From the human T2T-CHM13v2.0 reference genome, Homo sapiens, in the NCBI RefSeq assembly GCF_009914755.1, contig NC_060930.1: a stretch of DNA of 64,000 nt; one strand, written 5' to 3'. Position 1 is the first letter of the stretch, and each line of letters starts with the position of its first letter. The notes beneath the pieces were generated by a model. The model did not search any database. It saw nothing but the letters and a program-made list of their open reading frames with translations, and was not told the origin of the DNA. Below are positions 43,852 through 57,694 of the stretch, in pieces. A program made the translations under genes and the position numbers.

Positions 43852-44866
43852 TAGGCATATCTCAGAGATATTGCAGATTTGGTTCTAGACCACTGCAATA
43901 AATGAATATTACAATAAGGCAAGTCACACAAATTTTTTGGTTTCTCAGTGCATATAAAAATTATATTTACAGTATACTGTAGTCTATTAAGTATCCAATA
44001 GAATTATGTCTAAAAAATAATGTATATACCTTAATTTAAAACCAATGTGTTGCTAAAAACTGCTAACAATCCTCTGAGTCTTCAGAGAGTCATAATCTTT
44101 TTGCTGGTAGAGGGTCCTGCCTTGATGTTGACGGCCTTGATCTGAATTAGGATTTGGCTAAGAGAATGTTGTGGCTGATGTGATCTTCTATTCACACCAC
44201 TAAAACTTTCTTATCAGCAATAAGGCTGTTTTTCTTTCTTATCATTCATATATTCACTGGAGTAGTACATTTAATTTCCTTCAAGAACTTTTCCTTTACA
44301 ATAACAGCTTGACTAACTGCTTGGCACAAGAAGCCTAGCCTTTAGCCTATATTGGCTTTTGACGTTCCTTCCACACTAAGCTTAATCATTTCTAGCTTTT
44401 GATTGAAAGTGAGAGAGTATGACTCTTCCTTTCACTTGAACATTTAAGAGGCCAGCATAGGGTTATTAATTTGCCTAATTTCGATATTGTTGTGTCTCAG
44501 GGAATAGGCAGACACAAGGAGAGGAAGAGATGGGGAAGAAATGGCTGGTCGAGGGAGCAGTTGGACACACAACATTTATTAAATTTTCCATCTTATATGC
44601 TCACTGTTCGTGGTGCCCCAAAACAATAACAATAGTAGCATCAAAGATCATTGATTGCAGATGATTACAACAAATATACTAATGAAAAAGTTTGAAATAC
44701 TGCAAGAATTACCAAAATGTGGCACAGAGACACAAAGGGAGAACACATTGGTGGAAAATGGTGCCAATAGAATTGCTCGATACAGGTGTGCCACAATCCT
44801 TCAATTTGTTAAAAAAGAAAAAGCAATATTTACTTGTGAAGCACAAAAAAAAATGAAGTATGCCTG
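43852..44866 (-). mobile_element. Internally deleted Tigger1
   Basis: TIRs taggcatatctc / gaagtatgcctg; Tigger1-like interior (ttctagaccactgcaataaa...; aagaacttttccttt). Confidence 0.88.
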
Positions 44867-46649
44867 TATGCATCTGTTCAAGAGTTTTAACCACAGGGAA
44901 AGGATCAGGAAAATGCTAGTTCTCATTTGAGATACACTAATCAGAAATAAAACCCAGGGTGGCTACACAACATGCAAAGACTAATCAAAGGTCCATGCTC
45001 TTAAAACAACTACCGCAAATATCACATGCTTTTGTTTCCTATTAATACAGGCTTTGTTAATTAGAATAATGGTTTTTAGTAAGGCTGCTTCATGGGTGAA
45101 ATCAGTGGTGTTCAAAATGTGTTCATTAGTTGCAAATATAACATAGGCATTCCTGTTCTTGCAAAGTGGTATAAGAATCTTGTGAACCCAACATGGGCCC
45201 TATGCTCTACCGTTCCAGCTCAGCAGCTGATTCAAAACAGTTTTGTTACCTGATTCTAACTAGAAGGGTAGCTGAATCCTGCTGCTGAAACACAGTTGCA
45301 GAAGTCTCTAATGAACTTTTCAGGCAAGGTACTGTCAGACAGCTTCAAAAGACAGCTGGGACTACATCAAGCTGACACGTGGCCATATAGCTGTTATTAT
45401 ATCTATTTGCAAAAAAAAAATGCTTTTTACATTTGGCAAAATTTGATGTTAGACTTTTTTTGGTTGTACTAGGCCTTCAGGTTTATGGGGTAAGAGACTG
45501 ATAGCTATCATCTACTTTCAAGAACTGAAGGCTATGAGTATCGACCAAAAATAACCAAATTAAGGTGAATGACAAAATGGATTCTGGTCAGTTGGGACCA
45601 AAAGTCATTTTCTCCAGAAAGGTTGGCATGAATTTTTTTCTAGTGACTCTTAATAAATAAGATGAGATTAATACTTCTCAATAAATTAATAAATAGAAAT
45701 TTCTGAATATTACTGAGCAGTGAGCCTGTGGTTTTCTAAAAACATGATGCTTTCTTGAATAATTCTGCTTTGTCTTTCAAAGGGATCTGAATTAGAAAAG
45801 CAACTAGCATGAAGCCCAGCAGTAAAAATAAAATGCTATAGGTCACTTGTCAGATGAATGGCATCTATCAGTAGTTAATTTCCACTGTCAGGTTTTTAAT
45901 GAATTGCTTATTGTTTCTAGTAAGAAGAGAAATTTCTTAACAGCAGAAATTAAAAATTGTATTCTTGTTTATATCTTTGTGGATTAAAATACTAATTTAA
46001 ATGGTAAAGCCTCTGTTACAATAAGAAGTAATTTGCTAGATGTCAATTTAGGAAAAAAAATCTTTTTCAAAAGAATGCTATTTCTAATGCACAGAGGAAA
46101 ATGTTCTCTGAGGTATATTACATGAAAATTTCGGTGTTCTAATTATTGTTGACAGAAACAATATCAATCCAGGAATGATCCTCTAACCTGTTGAGCATAT
46201 GTTAACAAATAGCATATCTTAAAATGCCTTTGTAACTCTTATGTCTAACTCTGCAAGAGGCTTGGACTTTTTTGAGAGTTAGGGCCATGATGATTGTGTG
46301 ATCTTTATTGCTCCAAATTCAGCATCCTGACAGGTATTAGGTAGCCACTCAAAGAGTGTCAGCTGGATAAATGAATATTCTTGGACATTCATTTACTCAT
46401 TGATTATCTGTTTCCTTATATTTAAGTATCATGAAGAAAGATAATTGTTGCTCCTGTTAATATGAAAAGAAAGTTTTATTCTTCTCTTTATTGATAATGG
46501 CTGAAATAATTTTCTAAAAATGTGTGTAAATGTCTCTGTAAAATGAGATTAGTTTCAGTGATCTAGAATGCTGTGTCACTCTGAAAAAAAAAAAAGAACA
46601 GATTTACCAGAAATGTAGAATATTGCTTTTTTAAAAAATGAGCAAATTA

Positions 46650-46956
46650 TTTGCGGGCAGGGTGTAGAAAAAGAAAGAAAAAAAACGAGGACTTAGTGCA
46701 GTCGGGGAAGAAGGATGGAGAAGCTGCCTCTGGCCTTCCGTGAGCTGGAGCTGCTGGACTGGATCCTAACCAAGCTGGTCTTCAACTATTTACAACCCGG
46801 CTGCCTAGGCCACTTCCACAGTTTGGTATTTTCCCTACCAGCTCCGGGAAATGCGCCCCCACCTCGGGCACCTGATTTCCTCCCAGCTGCGAAGCCCACC
46901 CTGCCCAGACTCCTCCCCCGGGTGTAGCCCAGTCACGCAGGTTACAGCCATGCCGT
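46650..46956. promoter_or_regulatory. Small CpG/GC-rich patch, candidate enhancer or alternative promoter
   Basis: About 12 CpGs in ~300 bp of non-repeat DNA in an AT-rich, CpG-poor intron; ETS-like cacttcc and atttcct. Confidence 0.45.
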
Positions 46957-49060
46957 TTTCCTCCATTTTTTAGGCATGCAATGCATGTACAGTTGATCTG
47001 CCACTTTTTAGGTGCCATCTCTATTATTATCCTCTAATTATATTATGTATCTTTTCTTTGAATGAAAAATTTGATGGCTGGGGCTTTTATTTTATATGTT
47101 CCCCTTTTCCATGCATCATGTTTCACCACAGCATACAACAGGTGCTCAAAGTAAATTTGCGTCAAACAGTACATTAAAATTATCCAATCTCATTTGTCTA
47201 AAGTTAAAAGGAGGATGGAAGGGAGGGAAAAATGGAGGGCAAGCCTGTATCTCATCTAAGATTAGTTCAAATTACCATTATTTCAAAATTCCATAAACTC
47301 TTTGAGCAAGCCAAATAGCTGCTGATCTTTATTTAATTACTGGAATAAATATATATGCTGTGTTTAGATAGATGGGTTAGGACAACTGTTAGTCATTTTA
47401 AAAATCAGGGTGGTTTCTGCTAATGAACAGTTATTTCTGAACTCACATGATTTGATTTCAGGAGTCCTGAGGAAAAAAAAAAAACTTTTTTGAATATGTT
47501 TTAAGCTTTTCCTGATGCCAAAAGACAAATTAAAAAAAAAAAAAAAAAAAGCACTTTGGTCTGTGGTTAGAAGGTTAGAATTCACACATTGTTTATGGGG
47601 CAGGTGTTCTTTCCTTAACTGACATAAATGCTGAATCACTAAAACCAACCCTTCTAATGTAGACAAAAAACCTCTTGAGTCCTATCTATTTTTTGTAAGA
47701 ACCAGAAAATCAGACAGCTAATCTGTTTATGTAGAGTAGCTGAAAATTGCCTCCCAAAAAACTTGTCCTAATAAGTTATTTTTAAAATAACAACAAAAAA
47801 GTATTTTTAAGTAATGACTGACCATTTCCATGTAAAAAGTTTTATTTCCTGTGAAAAAGTATTTCATTTAAAGACATTTCATTTCACAACTTTTGTTAAA
47901 ATCTTAGTTTTAAAAGACGCGATGATTCCAAGTATTTATTGAGTGTGAAACAAATTAGATGTTCCAAGTAAAATGTAAAGTTTTTAAATTCAAGAACTTG
48001 ACTATTGCATCAAAGCAGACATTTCTAAAATCCAAGTTTTATCATCTTTTTTTGCACACTAACTTGAAGTCACTTTCTTTCCCATCTCAACACTTATTCA
48101 CTGGTCATTTAGCAGTGCCTAACAAAATCTACCAGTATCATAATATACAAAACCATAAAACTACTAATCTTAAAGTAAGTCTTGCTTTTTATTTTTCTTT
48201 AGTGAATGTTTTAAAGTTAAATAATTGACCAATAATTTGTACTTGTTAAAAATGAATTTAGCCAATTAATATCTTTAACCAAAATTTTCATTTCACAGAA
48301 TTTGAAAATCTAGCAGATAATAAAAAATAAAATTTTACTTAATCTCTTGCTCATTACTTGTTTATACTTACAAAATGAAGGAAGTACATACATAATCTAT
48401 ATTTATAGGATTATAGGAAAAAACATTTGCCAGTACTCCATTTTGTAACTTTGTATTGCATAGTCAAAATTGGTACTTAACAACAAAGAACTTAGTTATC
48501 TTTAAGTATGAACACTCTATTATAAATGTAAATCTCATACTCCATTGTACAAAAATGTCCACATTTTGGCACATCTTCACTTAAGTAAATAACACAAAAA
48601 GTTTTCTGGCAGTTATTTTCCTCTACAGCTTTTGAAAATAATACAACTGGCATTGCTTTTATCTAAGTTTATTTGCTTGTTTTTAATGCACCTGTTTTAG
48701 GGCTTTTTTCTACAATAAGGCCTGCTTAAGCTTAAGCTAAATTTTAGGGAGAAATGTGTTCCATTCAAGCACATATACAAAAATGCACTAAACTTTTAAA
48801 CTTCAAATTTACATTCTTAAACTTCACATTTTTATCTTTATTTTTAAAAATATAATGGCTACACTAAAAGGTTAACTTTTTATTGACTTCTACTATATAT
48901 TCCTTGAAGGCATTCCAGTAGACAAGTTATATAGTAGCTGAAGTGTCATCTTATACAGCAAAAAAAAAAAAAAAATGGTCTCCAAGTTTTTAAAGAAAAA
49001 AAAAACTCTTCAAACAAGATTATCTTTTTAAGTATGTAGCTAAAATTACTATCTTTGCAT

Positions 49061-49291
49061 AGACTCCCATACTTGGTTTGACTTAGCAATTTTTTAACTT
49101 TATGATGATGTGAAAGTAGTACCTATTCAGTAGAAACCATACTTCAAGTACCCAATACAGCCATTCTGTTTTTCATTTTCAGTACAGTATCAATGTGTTA
49201 CATGAGATATTCAACATTTTATTATAAAATAAGATTTGTGCTCAATTATTTTGCCCAACTGTAGGCTAATGTGAAATTGAACATTTAAGGT
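49061..49291 (-). repeat. Partial near-identical duplicate of the MER47A at 50527
   Basis: 49061-49274 equals 50527-50740 at 212/214 positions by my manual alignment. Confidence 0.93.
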
Positions 49292-50525
49292 TTCCAGATT
49301 CTATTCTGACAGTCATTTTAGTGCCCAACCATATAAAATTGACACAAATAGAGAAAATTTAAACTTATTTAAATGTTTTAAGTTTCAGGATATAATAAAT
49401 TTTACATACTTTACAAGCTTAGATATAGAAAGTTTACAGTTTCCAACATGTGTGAGTTTAGGTTGTCCTGCCTATCTACATGTAAACATGTAAAAAAATT
49501 CTACTTTAGAAACGTAATGTTTGTCTTCAATGAATCTTTACAAATACAAGCTCATGTAGAAAAATACTGGTGCTCTCTTTCCATTTAGTTGAAATTATTT
49601 TTTTTAAATGTGATAGGCCATATTTCATTAGACTTTAATTTCATTCCACTTGAGTCTAATGAAAAAATATAAATGTTGTAAATTTTAAGAACTTAAAAAA
49701 AAGCTTTTGTTTTGTCTAAGTATTTAAAACCTGTGAAATATGAATACATGCGAGTAGAATACAATACTGTGATTTTCAAATTTGCCCTGATTTTACTACC
49801 ACATCACTGCTTGGTTTATTTGAGCCCGAAAAAATTAAATTCATTTAGCCATAAAATAATTATATGGGCATTAAAGTAGGCATGATTTTTGCTGTATGAA
49901 CTCTCAGATGCATCAGATCCATAAGAGTCATGTTCATATAATACATAATTCACTAAGCATCATTATTCAACATACTTATTCAATCAGTTGTAGAGTTAAT
50001 TTTTCAATGTCATATTTATCAAATTGCAATTAGTAATGTTATTAAAAGACAAGACAAACGTAGTTACTACTAGTGATTTCTTATGCATGTTTACTTCAAC
50101 AACTAAATTTGTGTAGCCAAAATGCCATCAATAAATTGTCATAAAATATCTTACAAGACATTGTTGGTTCTATGATGATAGCATTTCCTATAAGATTTCT
50201 CATTTAAACTCTTCAGTAGAGCAGAGCAATAATAAAGTTTACTGTAAGTTTTATCCCTATAGCAGAGGTTGGTGATATGACAAACAGGAGACCCTAAAAA
50301 AATGCAAATAATATTAATAATCTCACAAGAGATCTTCAAGGGCTAAATATCTTTATAAATATAATAAATTAACTAATTTAAATAAAAGTAAATATATATG
50401 TGTATATATATACATATGAACACTAAATTTACATGTAGCCAAACATACAAATTATTTAATTACATATGTTGCATTATATAGATTCACATATTTATGTATA
50501 GACATACACATATAAAATATATATA

Positions 50526-50879
50526 CAGACTCCCATACTTGGTTTGACTTAGCAATTTTTTGACTTTATGATGATGTGAAAGTAGTACCTATTCAGTAGA
50601 AACCATACTTCAAGTACTCAATACAGCCATTCTGTTTTTCATTTTCAGTACAGTATCAATGTGTTACATGAGATATTCAACATTTTATTATAAAATAAGA
50701 TTTGTGCTCAATTATTTTGCCCAACTGTAGGCTAATGTGAGGGTTCTGAGCACATTTAAGGTAGGCTAGGCTACGTTATAATGTTTAGTAGGTTAGGTGT
50801 GTTAAATGCAGTTTTGATTTATGATATTTTCAGTTTACAGTTACAGGACACAACACCATCACAAATTGAGGAGCATCTG
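50526..50879 (-). mobile_element. MER47A-like Tigger element, full length
   Basis: cagactcccatactt...aaattgaggagcatctg; both termini lie in TA-rich flanks. Confidence 0.87.
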
Positions 50880-51647
50880 TGTTATATATATATTATATGT
50901 GCTTACACACCCAAATTTATATAAAAAAAGAACATGGCACACTGCCCGGTCCATAGCAAGCCTTCAATAGGTACAGTTTTAATAATCATTAATACCCTAC
51001 TACAAATCACCTGACAAAACCAAACATTTATTCCTGACATTCTCTCAATCTGGTGCTCTATGCCATTTCTTTTCATCAACAAACTACCCTACACTCTGCT
51101 GCTTCTCTTCCAACATGGAGACTAGTTGTTTGGTTTGTTTGTTTTGCTTTACAGGCTGCACTTTGTCCATACTTCCCATGTTGGTGTTCTTTGGGACCCA
51201 AGTATTTCTTCCCATGTGGCACATGGACAATAGGACAATCCTTAAAACCACAAGATTTCTTTCACTCATTTGCAAATCCATAATGTCAGCCCTGACAACT
51301 CTACCATTCCTTTTGCTTTAGATGTGCATTTTCAGCTATCTAATGTTCATTTGCATGTGAATGTCCTATAAAGGCCTCAAACTCATTGGAATATAACTGA
51401 ATTAGGCACCCCCTCTTTTAGTTACTCTTTCAATTAATGTTTTTATCATCTACCATACTACTAGTCTAGACTCTTCAACTCCCCCTCTTGCTCACTGCCT
51501 TTCATAAGCTGTCAAGTTCAGAATATTCTACCCAAAAGGAACATGGTTTCTGTCTGCACAGCTGCTATTAACCCCTTGCTGTTATCTCTTTCTCATACAC
51601 TTCTAGTAAATGTCTACTACAATGGATGTCTAATATACTCATCTGAG

Positions 51648-52069
51648 ATGACTTTTTGCCTCGTACTGCCGTAACAAAATACCATAGACTGGGTAGTTTA
51701 AATAATAGGAATTTATTTTCTCATAATTCTGTAGACCAGAAGTTCAAGATCAAGGTTCTGGTTGATTCAGTTTCTGGTGAGGCCTCTCTTCTTGGCATGC
51801 ATACTGACGCCTTCTCTCTGTGCTCACCTGGCCTCACATGGCCTTTCTTCATTGCATGTGTGTATGTGTGCACACACGCATGTGTGCATGTTTACAGAGA
51901 GCTTTCTGTATCTCTTCTTATAAGGACCCTAATCCTATCAGATCAGGGCCTCACCTGTGTTACCTCCTTTAACCTAATCACTTCCTTAGAGGCCCCATCT
52001 TCTAATGCAGTCACACTAGGGTTTCAACATATAAATTGGAGTGGGGGAGAATACATTCAGTCCATAACA
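51648..52069 (-). mobile_element. MLT1A-like MaLR LTR
   Basis: ctgccgtaacaaaataccatagactgggtagtttaaa...cattcagtccataaca. Confidence 0.85.
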
Positions 52070-53259
52070 CATATTATAAAAATAATGTATTTTTGTAGTT
52101 GCCTATTGATTAGAAATTCAAAATCCTCATTATTATTCAAAAGCCATTTAAAATATGACCACAAATGACCTGATTTTCTACTATTCCCTGAGAAGTTTCT
52201 GAACCCCCTTTTGAGCTTTAAAACTTGCATAACCTTCTAAACAATTTTCTCTCATTCTGAAAGTTTCTTAGTTACCAGGTTATCTTCTATTTGGGCTTCA
52301 AGTCCTAGCAAAATTATTACTACTTCTTGTTAAGCTTTCTCTGACTTTTCTGAGTGGTGAGTTATACTCTCCCCAGTGTTCTCAAACAGTTTATGACAGA
52401 GCACCTTTCACATTGTATTATAAATACTGATAAAAAATAAAAAAAACTATCTACTTTTACTAGTCTTTGGAATTTTTAAGGGTAAAGGTCATACTTCATT
52501 CATTTTCTAGAAGAAACTAAAGAAGGAAAGAAGAAGAAAGAAAAGGAAGAAATGAAGGGAGATAGATAAACAATACTAGGGAATAATTTCCATGATTTTA
52601 ACATATTTTTTGCAGGAACAAGAAATAGTATAATATTTAATACATCCAAAATACAGTACTTAAAAATCTTAACTCTGAAGAAGGGAATGACAACTTCTTG
52701 GCATTTACAAATTGTTACAAGAAACACTTTTGAGCATCATACTTTTGGGCTGAGTTAAACACAACTATGCTTTGACTTTTACAAATGTGTGTGTGGCTTC
52801 ATCAACATTTTTCTTTTTGATAAATGGTAAAAATTAGTGGCTCATGCTCTCTAAATTCATAGTTAAGAAAAAAGTTCTACCACTAGATTAGGTGGTTTTG
52901 GCTGATTTACTTTGGTATCTACAGTTTCCCCATTGGACATTGCAATGTCCAAAAGAGCCATATGTGGTTCTCCACCATTTTGTCTCTCATATCGTTTCTG
53001 ATCACTCTCCCCCTCCTTCCAGGCTCATTGGTTTCTCACTTTTCCTATAACATCCCAACACCTTCCTACCATAACATTTTGGTAAAGAGGTTTCCCTCAA
53101 CTTGAAACACCATTCACCCAGACATTTCTTTGGTTAACTCCCTCACTTCTCCCAAGTAGAGACAGCCTTTTCTACCTGAGTCATTCCCAGCATGCTTTGT
53201 AAATGGATTCATAGTTAGGTTTAGTTTTTCCATTAGTTGGATTTACAAATCAAGAAAAT

Positions 53260-54840
53260 TCAGGCTAACTCAAAATGGATTATAGACCCAAAGATAAGAG
53301 AGAAAACTCTCCCAAAATAAAACCATGCAGCAAAGGGTTAATTCCATGGACTTGGAGTACTCAACCCTCATATATTCCAAAGAAAGAATTAGCTCTTGAC
53401 AGTCCTTGAAGCATAAAAGTGTTTTTGTGTATCTGGAACATTGGGCCATACCAGAAAGTTTATGCTAACAACATGACTTCTGGTAAATTCCTGTTTTTGT
53501 TCACTTGGGGTCCTGGACCACACTGTATAAGTCTGACATTTGTAGGGGCTGGAGACTGAGTAGCTGAGGTCAGTCCCATGGGCACTCCATGTTTATGAGG
53601 CTTTCCACACAAAAAAACCTCGGACATGAAAGTATAGATGAACTTCTCTGGTTGAAACTACTTTGTAAATGTTGTCACGCATCATTGTTAAGAGATTTAA
53701 GCACTGTCCATATGTCTCCACTGGGAGAGGATAACTGACAGCTCATGTTTGGTTTCTCCTGAACTCTGCCCTATACTGCTGTTTTCCTTTGCTGACTATC
53801 TTTTCTCTGGAATAAATCATAACCATGAGTATAATAGCTTATGTAGTTCGAGTTCTTCTAGAGAATTAGTGAGGGTCATCTTGGGGACCCCCAACAGAAA
53901 AACAGTGGAGAAAAGTTTTGTGCTCTCAGGTTAGGTAACATGATACCAAAAGCATGAGCCCTCCCCTACCTCCCCCCCCAAAAAATACATTGGATTTCAT
54001 CAAAATGTAAAACTTTTTGCTTCAAAGGCAACATAAACAAAATGAAACCACAAGCCACAAAGGAAAGAAAATATGTACAAATTGTATATCTAATATATTT
54101 GCAAATCAAATATCCAGAATAAAAAAAGAATTCTTATAACTCAGTAAAAGGAAGACAACACAATTAAAAATGGGTGAATGATTTGAAGAGACATGTGATC
54201 AAAGAGGACAAATAAACTGCTAATAAGCATAAGAAAAAGTACTCAACATTAGTTGTCATTAAGGAAATGCAAATTAAAACTACAATGAGATACCACTGGC
54301 TATAAAGGGAGAAAATACCAAGTCTTAGCGTGGATGTTAAGAAACTGGGATCCTTATACATTAATGGTAAAAATGTAAAATGACATATTATTCATAATAC
54401 TTGCAATCATGAAACAATCTGAGTGTCCATCAACTGGTGTTAAACGAAATGTGGTATATCCATACAATAAAATACTATTTACCAATAAAAAGGAACAAAA
54501 TACTGATGTATGCTACAATATAGATGAACCACAAACACATACTAAGTGAGAGAAGCCAGATAAAAAAGACTGCATATTGTATGACTTACTTTATATGAAA
54601 TGTCTATAGAAGGCAAATTTATAGACAGAAAGCAGATCAGTTGTTGCCTAGGGCTAGAAATGCCCATAGAGATTAATGGCAAAGAACCCAGGCTAATTCT
54701 TTAAGATGATGAAAATGGTCTTAAATCGATGATGATTATACAACTCTATCAATTTACTTAAAACCATTCAGTTGTATACTTATAGTGGTTGAATTTTATG
54801 GTATATAAATTATACCTTGATAAAACTGTAAGAAAAATCT
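53260..54840 (+). mobile_element. Old L1 (L1ME/L1MB-like) 3' region interrupted by MER21
   Basis: aactcaaaatggattatagac...ggaaatgcaaattaaaactacaatgagatacca...gaattttatggtatataaattatacc. Confidence 0.75.
53325..53896 (+). mobile_element. MER21-like solo LTR
   Basis: TG...CA termini (tgcagcaaagggttaa ... ttggggacccccaaca); AATAAA before tcataaccatgagtata. Confidence 0.8.
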
Positions 54841-54959
54841 AATAAGAGAGGACATAAAAACATGCTATACCTAACTTATACGTAAGAAAGAGCTAGGTGC
54901 TTCAGTACAGAGGAAAATGAAGACCGGAATATGGAAGACAGGGAATCCAGGGAAAGGGG

Positions 54960-55400
54960 AGTAGAAAAATTGCAAGAATAAAGAGGCAGCTGGGGTAAAC
55001 CTCGTAGAGAAGGGAGTTAGTCAAGTCGATGTCCTGAAGAAGAGTTTTCCAGATGAAAAGTGTGAACAAAGCTTTAAGGCAGGAGAATATCCCCAAATTT
55101 GAGGAACAGTGAAGTGGCTAGTATGGCTAGGAGGAGAAGCAGATTAATAAGCAATAAACTCAGATAAATAATGCAACATGGAGACAATGTGGGGACTTAT
55201 TACCCATATAAGATTTTTATTTTGAGAAAAAATGGAGGGTTTTTAACAGAGGAGTGACATAATCTGACATCCATGATTCTAGATGCTATGTTGAGAATAG
55301 ATTTTAGAAATGAAAGAAGGAAGAGCATTTAGGAGATTTTGATAATCTTAGCAGTAAATTATGATGGCTTGAACTAAGGGGATAAATGGAAGTTGTGGGA
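54960..55400 (-). mobile_element. L2 fragment
   Basis: ggagggtttttaacagaggagtgacataatctgac...gatggcttgaactaaggg. Confidence 0.6.
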
Positions 55401-55929
55401 AATTATGGGGTTCCCTATAAAGCATGGGGAAAAGGAATTTGGGCATCAATTTTCTTTTCTTGAAAGTTAATTCATATTTTTATAAAAATTATAACAGAAT
55501 ACATCAAAATGTTAACCATATTTCTCTCTGTTTGGTGGCATTATGGGTAATTATGCATTTCTGCATTTATAAAATTACCAACCATGCACATGTGTTTTTC
55601 TAAAGCAAAAAAAAATTAATATCCAGCTCTTCAAAAGAGATCATAATGCAAACCAATTTTGTTTTTTGCCAAATTTTTAAATCAACACCAAAATGGCTAC
55701 ATATACAAAGTCAACAGGGGTAAATGGTAATGTTAGCAATATGAAGAGTAGTTAAAGAAGCAACAGATGCTTCCTGAATAGAGTGATAAAATCACTTTCT
55801 TATGAACATGTGGTAGCATTATTACCCAAGTAACTTCCCTGACATTATATGACTCTCTTTAGAATATGCCTGGTTTTGAATTTTTTGAAGTTGATAATAA
55901 CTTCAGTTCCAGTCATAATAAAAATAATT

Positions 55930-56300
55930 TATTGTATCAGTGAGAGAAGTGTAGCTTATATTAAGATAACAACTTCAAAATCTCAGAGATTAAACAATAA
56001 AGTATATTTCTTATTTCACTACATGTCAGGTACAGGTGGATGAGGACATGTTCTCTGCTAATTATAGTCACTTAGCAACATAGGCTATTGAAGATTTCAT
56101 TTTGACATAGTCTACCATGATGAAATATGTTTAATTATGAACTGGTTCTTAAAGTATCTGTTCCAAATTATACATATTATTTTTGTTCTCAGTACATTTG
56201 CCAATACAAGTCATGTGATCATGTGACCACAAAAGGGTTGGGAAGTACAAGCATACCATGTACTCAAAAGAGGTGGAAAAGTGGAATAGATGAACACCAT
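55930..56300 (-). mobile_element. Old MLT1-type LTR
   Basis: taacaacttcaaaatctcagagattaaacaataaagtatatttctt...ccaatacaagtcatgtg. Confidence 0.5.
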
Positions 56301-57309
56301 TTTTTTCCTCAGATTTGTTCTTTGGTTATAAACTGCTCACTTAAAGAACTGAAGAGGACAAGATAGCACAAGTCAATTTATCTATGGCATATGTCATACA
56401 TAATTATCCACAGCTTTAATCTGAGAGGGACTCATAACATCAATTGTGTTAGCTCCTTGCAGGGATCTCTAAATTGGGCCACATATTCCAAAGAGTATTA
56501 CAAGATATGAGGTTAAAGTGGAAAATAGTAGAACTTCGTATTCATTTCCACATAAAACAAATAAGAAAACTAAACTATACTAATATTTAACAGAAAGAGT
56601 TATATTAGTTAATTTCAAGGTTGCTAGTATTTAATATTAAAAATCCTAATTTATCTCTGCATCGGATAGTCATATGACATGTATGGTAAGTCACATACTA
56701 AGATAGATTGGGAATTTCAAAAAATGAGTTAAAGGAATTGTTTTAATTCATTCATTTACTTTCAATATACTACAACATAATGCAGGTGAAGTTAAGTTGA
56801 TTTAAGAATTGTTATAATCTAATTCTATCTATACTCACTCTCACAAAATAGACATAACGTCACAAGATGCCAACACAGACATTTGAGAATTAAAGATTGC
56901 AGGCCCTATCAAGAAGAAAATGATAGAGTGACACGTCTTCTATTAGCACAATCTTGTCATTGTCTGCGTACAACTGCTATCTAATGAAACTGCCAAAATC
57001 AGATTTAGGAAGATTATTTCACAACATGAAATTTATGAAGATTATTTCACAGAGTGATAGCCACAAATATTAATGATAAACCTGCTGTATGAGTAGATTA
57101 CATACAATGTATATTGGACCTTGATGAGGTATCTTCAATAGCTGTCATTCAAAACAAGCACTAAAATAAATTAATTAGAACCATTTGAATCACTGGGTCA
57201 CATGATAATCAGCATTTTCCAAAACAGTATTCAGTAATAAAAACATGTAGTATTTTCAATAATTTTCAGTAACATGACTTCTGCTAAAAATAGATTAATA
57301 GTTAATATG

Positions 57310-57694
57310 TTTTATTCTCATTCATATGTGGTAGCTAAAAATATTGATCTCATGGAGGGAAGAGAGTAGAATGGTGGTTACCAGAGGCTAGAAAGGGTAG
57401 CGGGGAGAAGGGGGTGAAGTGAGATTGGTTAATGGATACAGAAATACAGTTAGCTAGAAGGAATAAAGCCTAGTGTTCAATAGCACAGTAGGGTGATCAT
57501 AGTGAATAATAACTTATTGTCTATTTCAAAATAACTGGAAGAAAAAATTTGGAATAGTCCCAAAACAAAGAAATGATCAATGTTTGAGGTGAACAGTATC
57601 CTAATTACTCTAACTTGATCACGCTGTATGTATGAATCAAAATATTACATGTACCCCATAAATATGTACAATTATTATATATTAATTTAAAAAC
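57310..57694 (+). mobile_element. L1MA-type 3' end
   Basis: gagagtagaatggtggttaccagaggct...caaagaaatgatcaatgtttgaggtg...catgtaccccataaatatgtacaattatta. Confidence 0.85.

Noticed and set aside
46715-46927. 70-aa ATG ORF (MEKLPLAFRELELL...) as a microprotein
   Set aside because: An ORF of this length is expected in GC-rich DNA and I recognise no homology; the region is kept only as a regulatory candidate.
51656-52168. 170-aa ORF
   Set aside because: Lies almost entirely within an MLT1A LTR, starts at a non-ATG codon and has no recognisable protein homology.
31738-53896. Two MER21 LTRs as the ends of one provirus
   Set aside because: Opposite orientation, 21 kb apart, diverged and with no internal ERV sequence; independent solo LTRs.
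57009-57051. 15-bp direct repeat gaagattatttcaca with a 13-bp spacer
   Set aside because: Two copies only; an ordinary micro-duplication, not an array or CRISPR-like structure.
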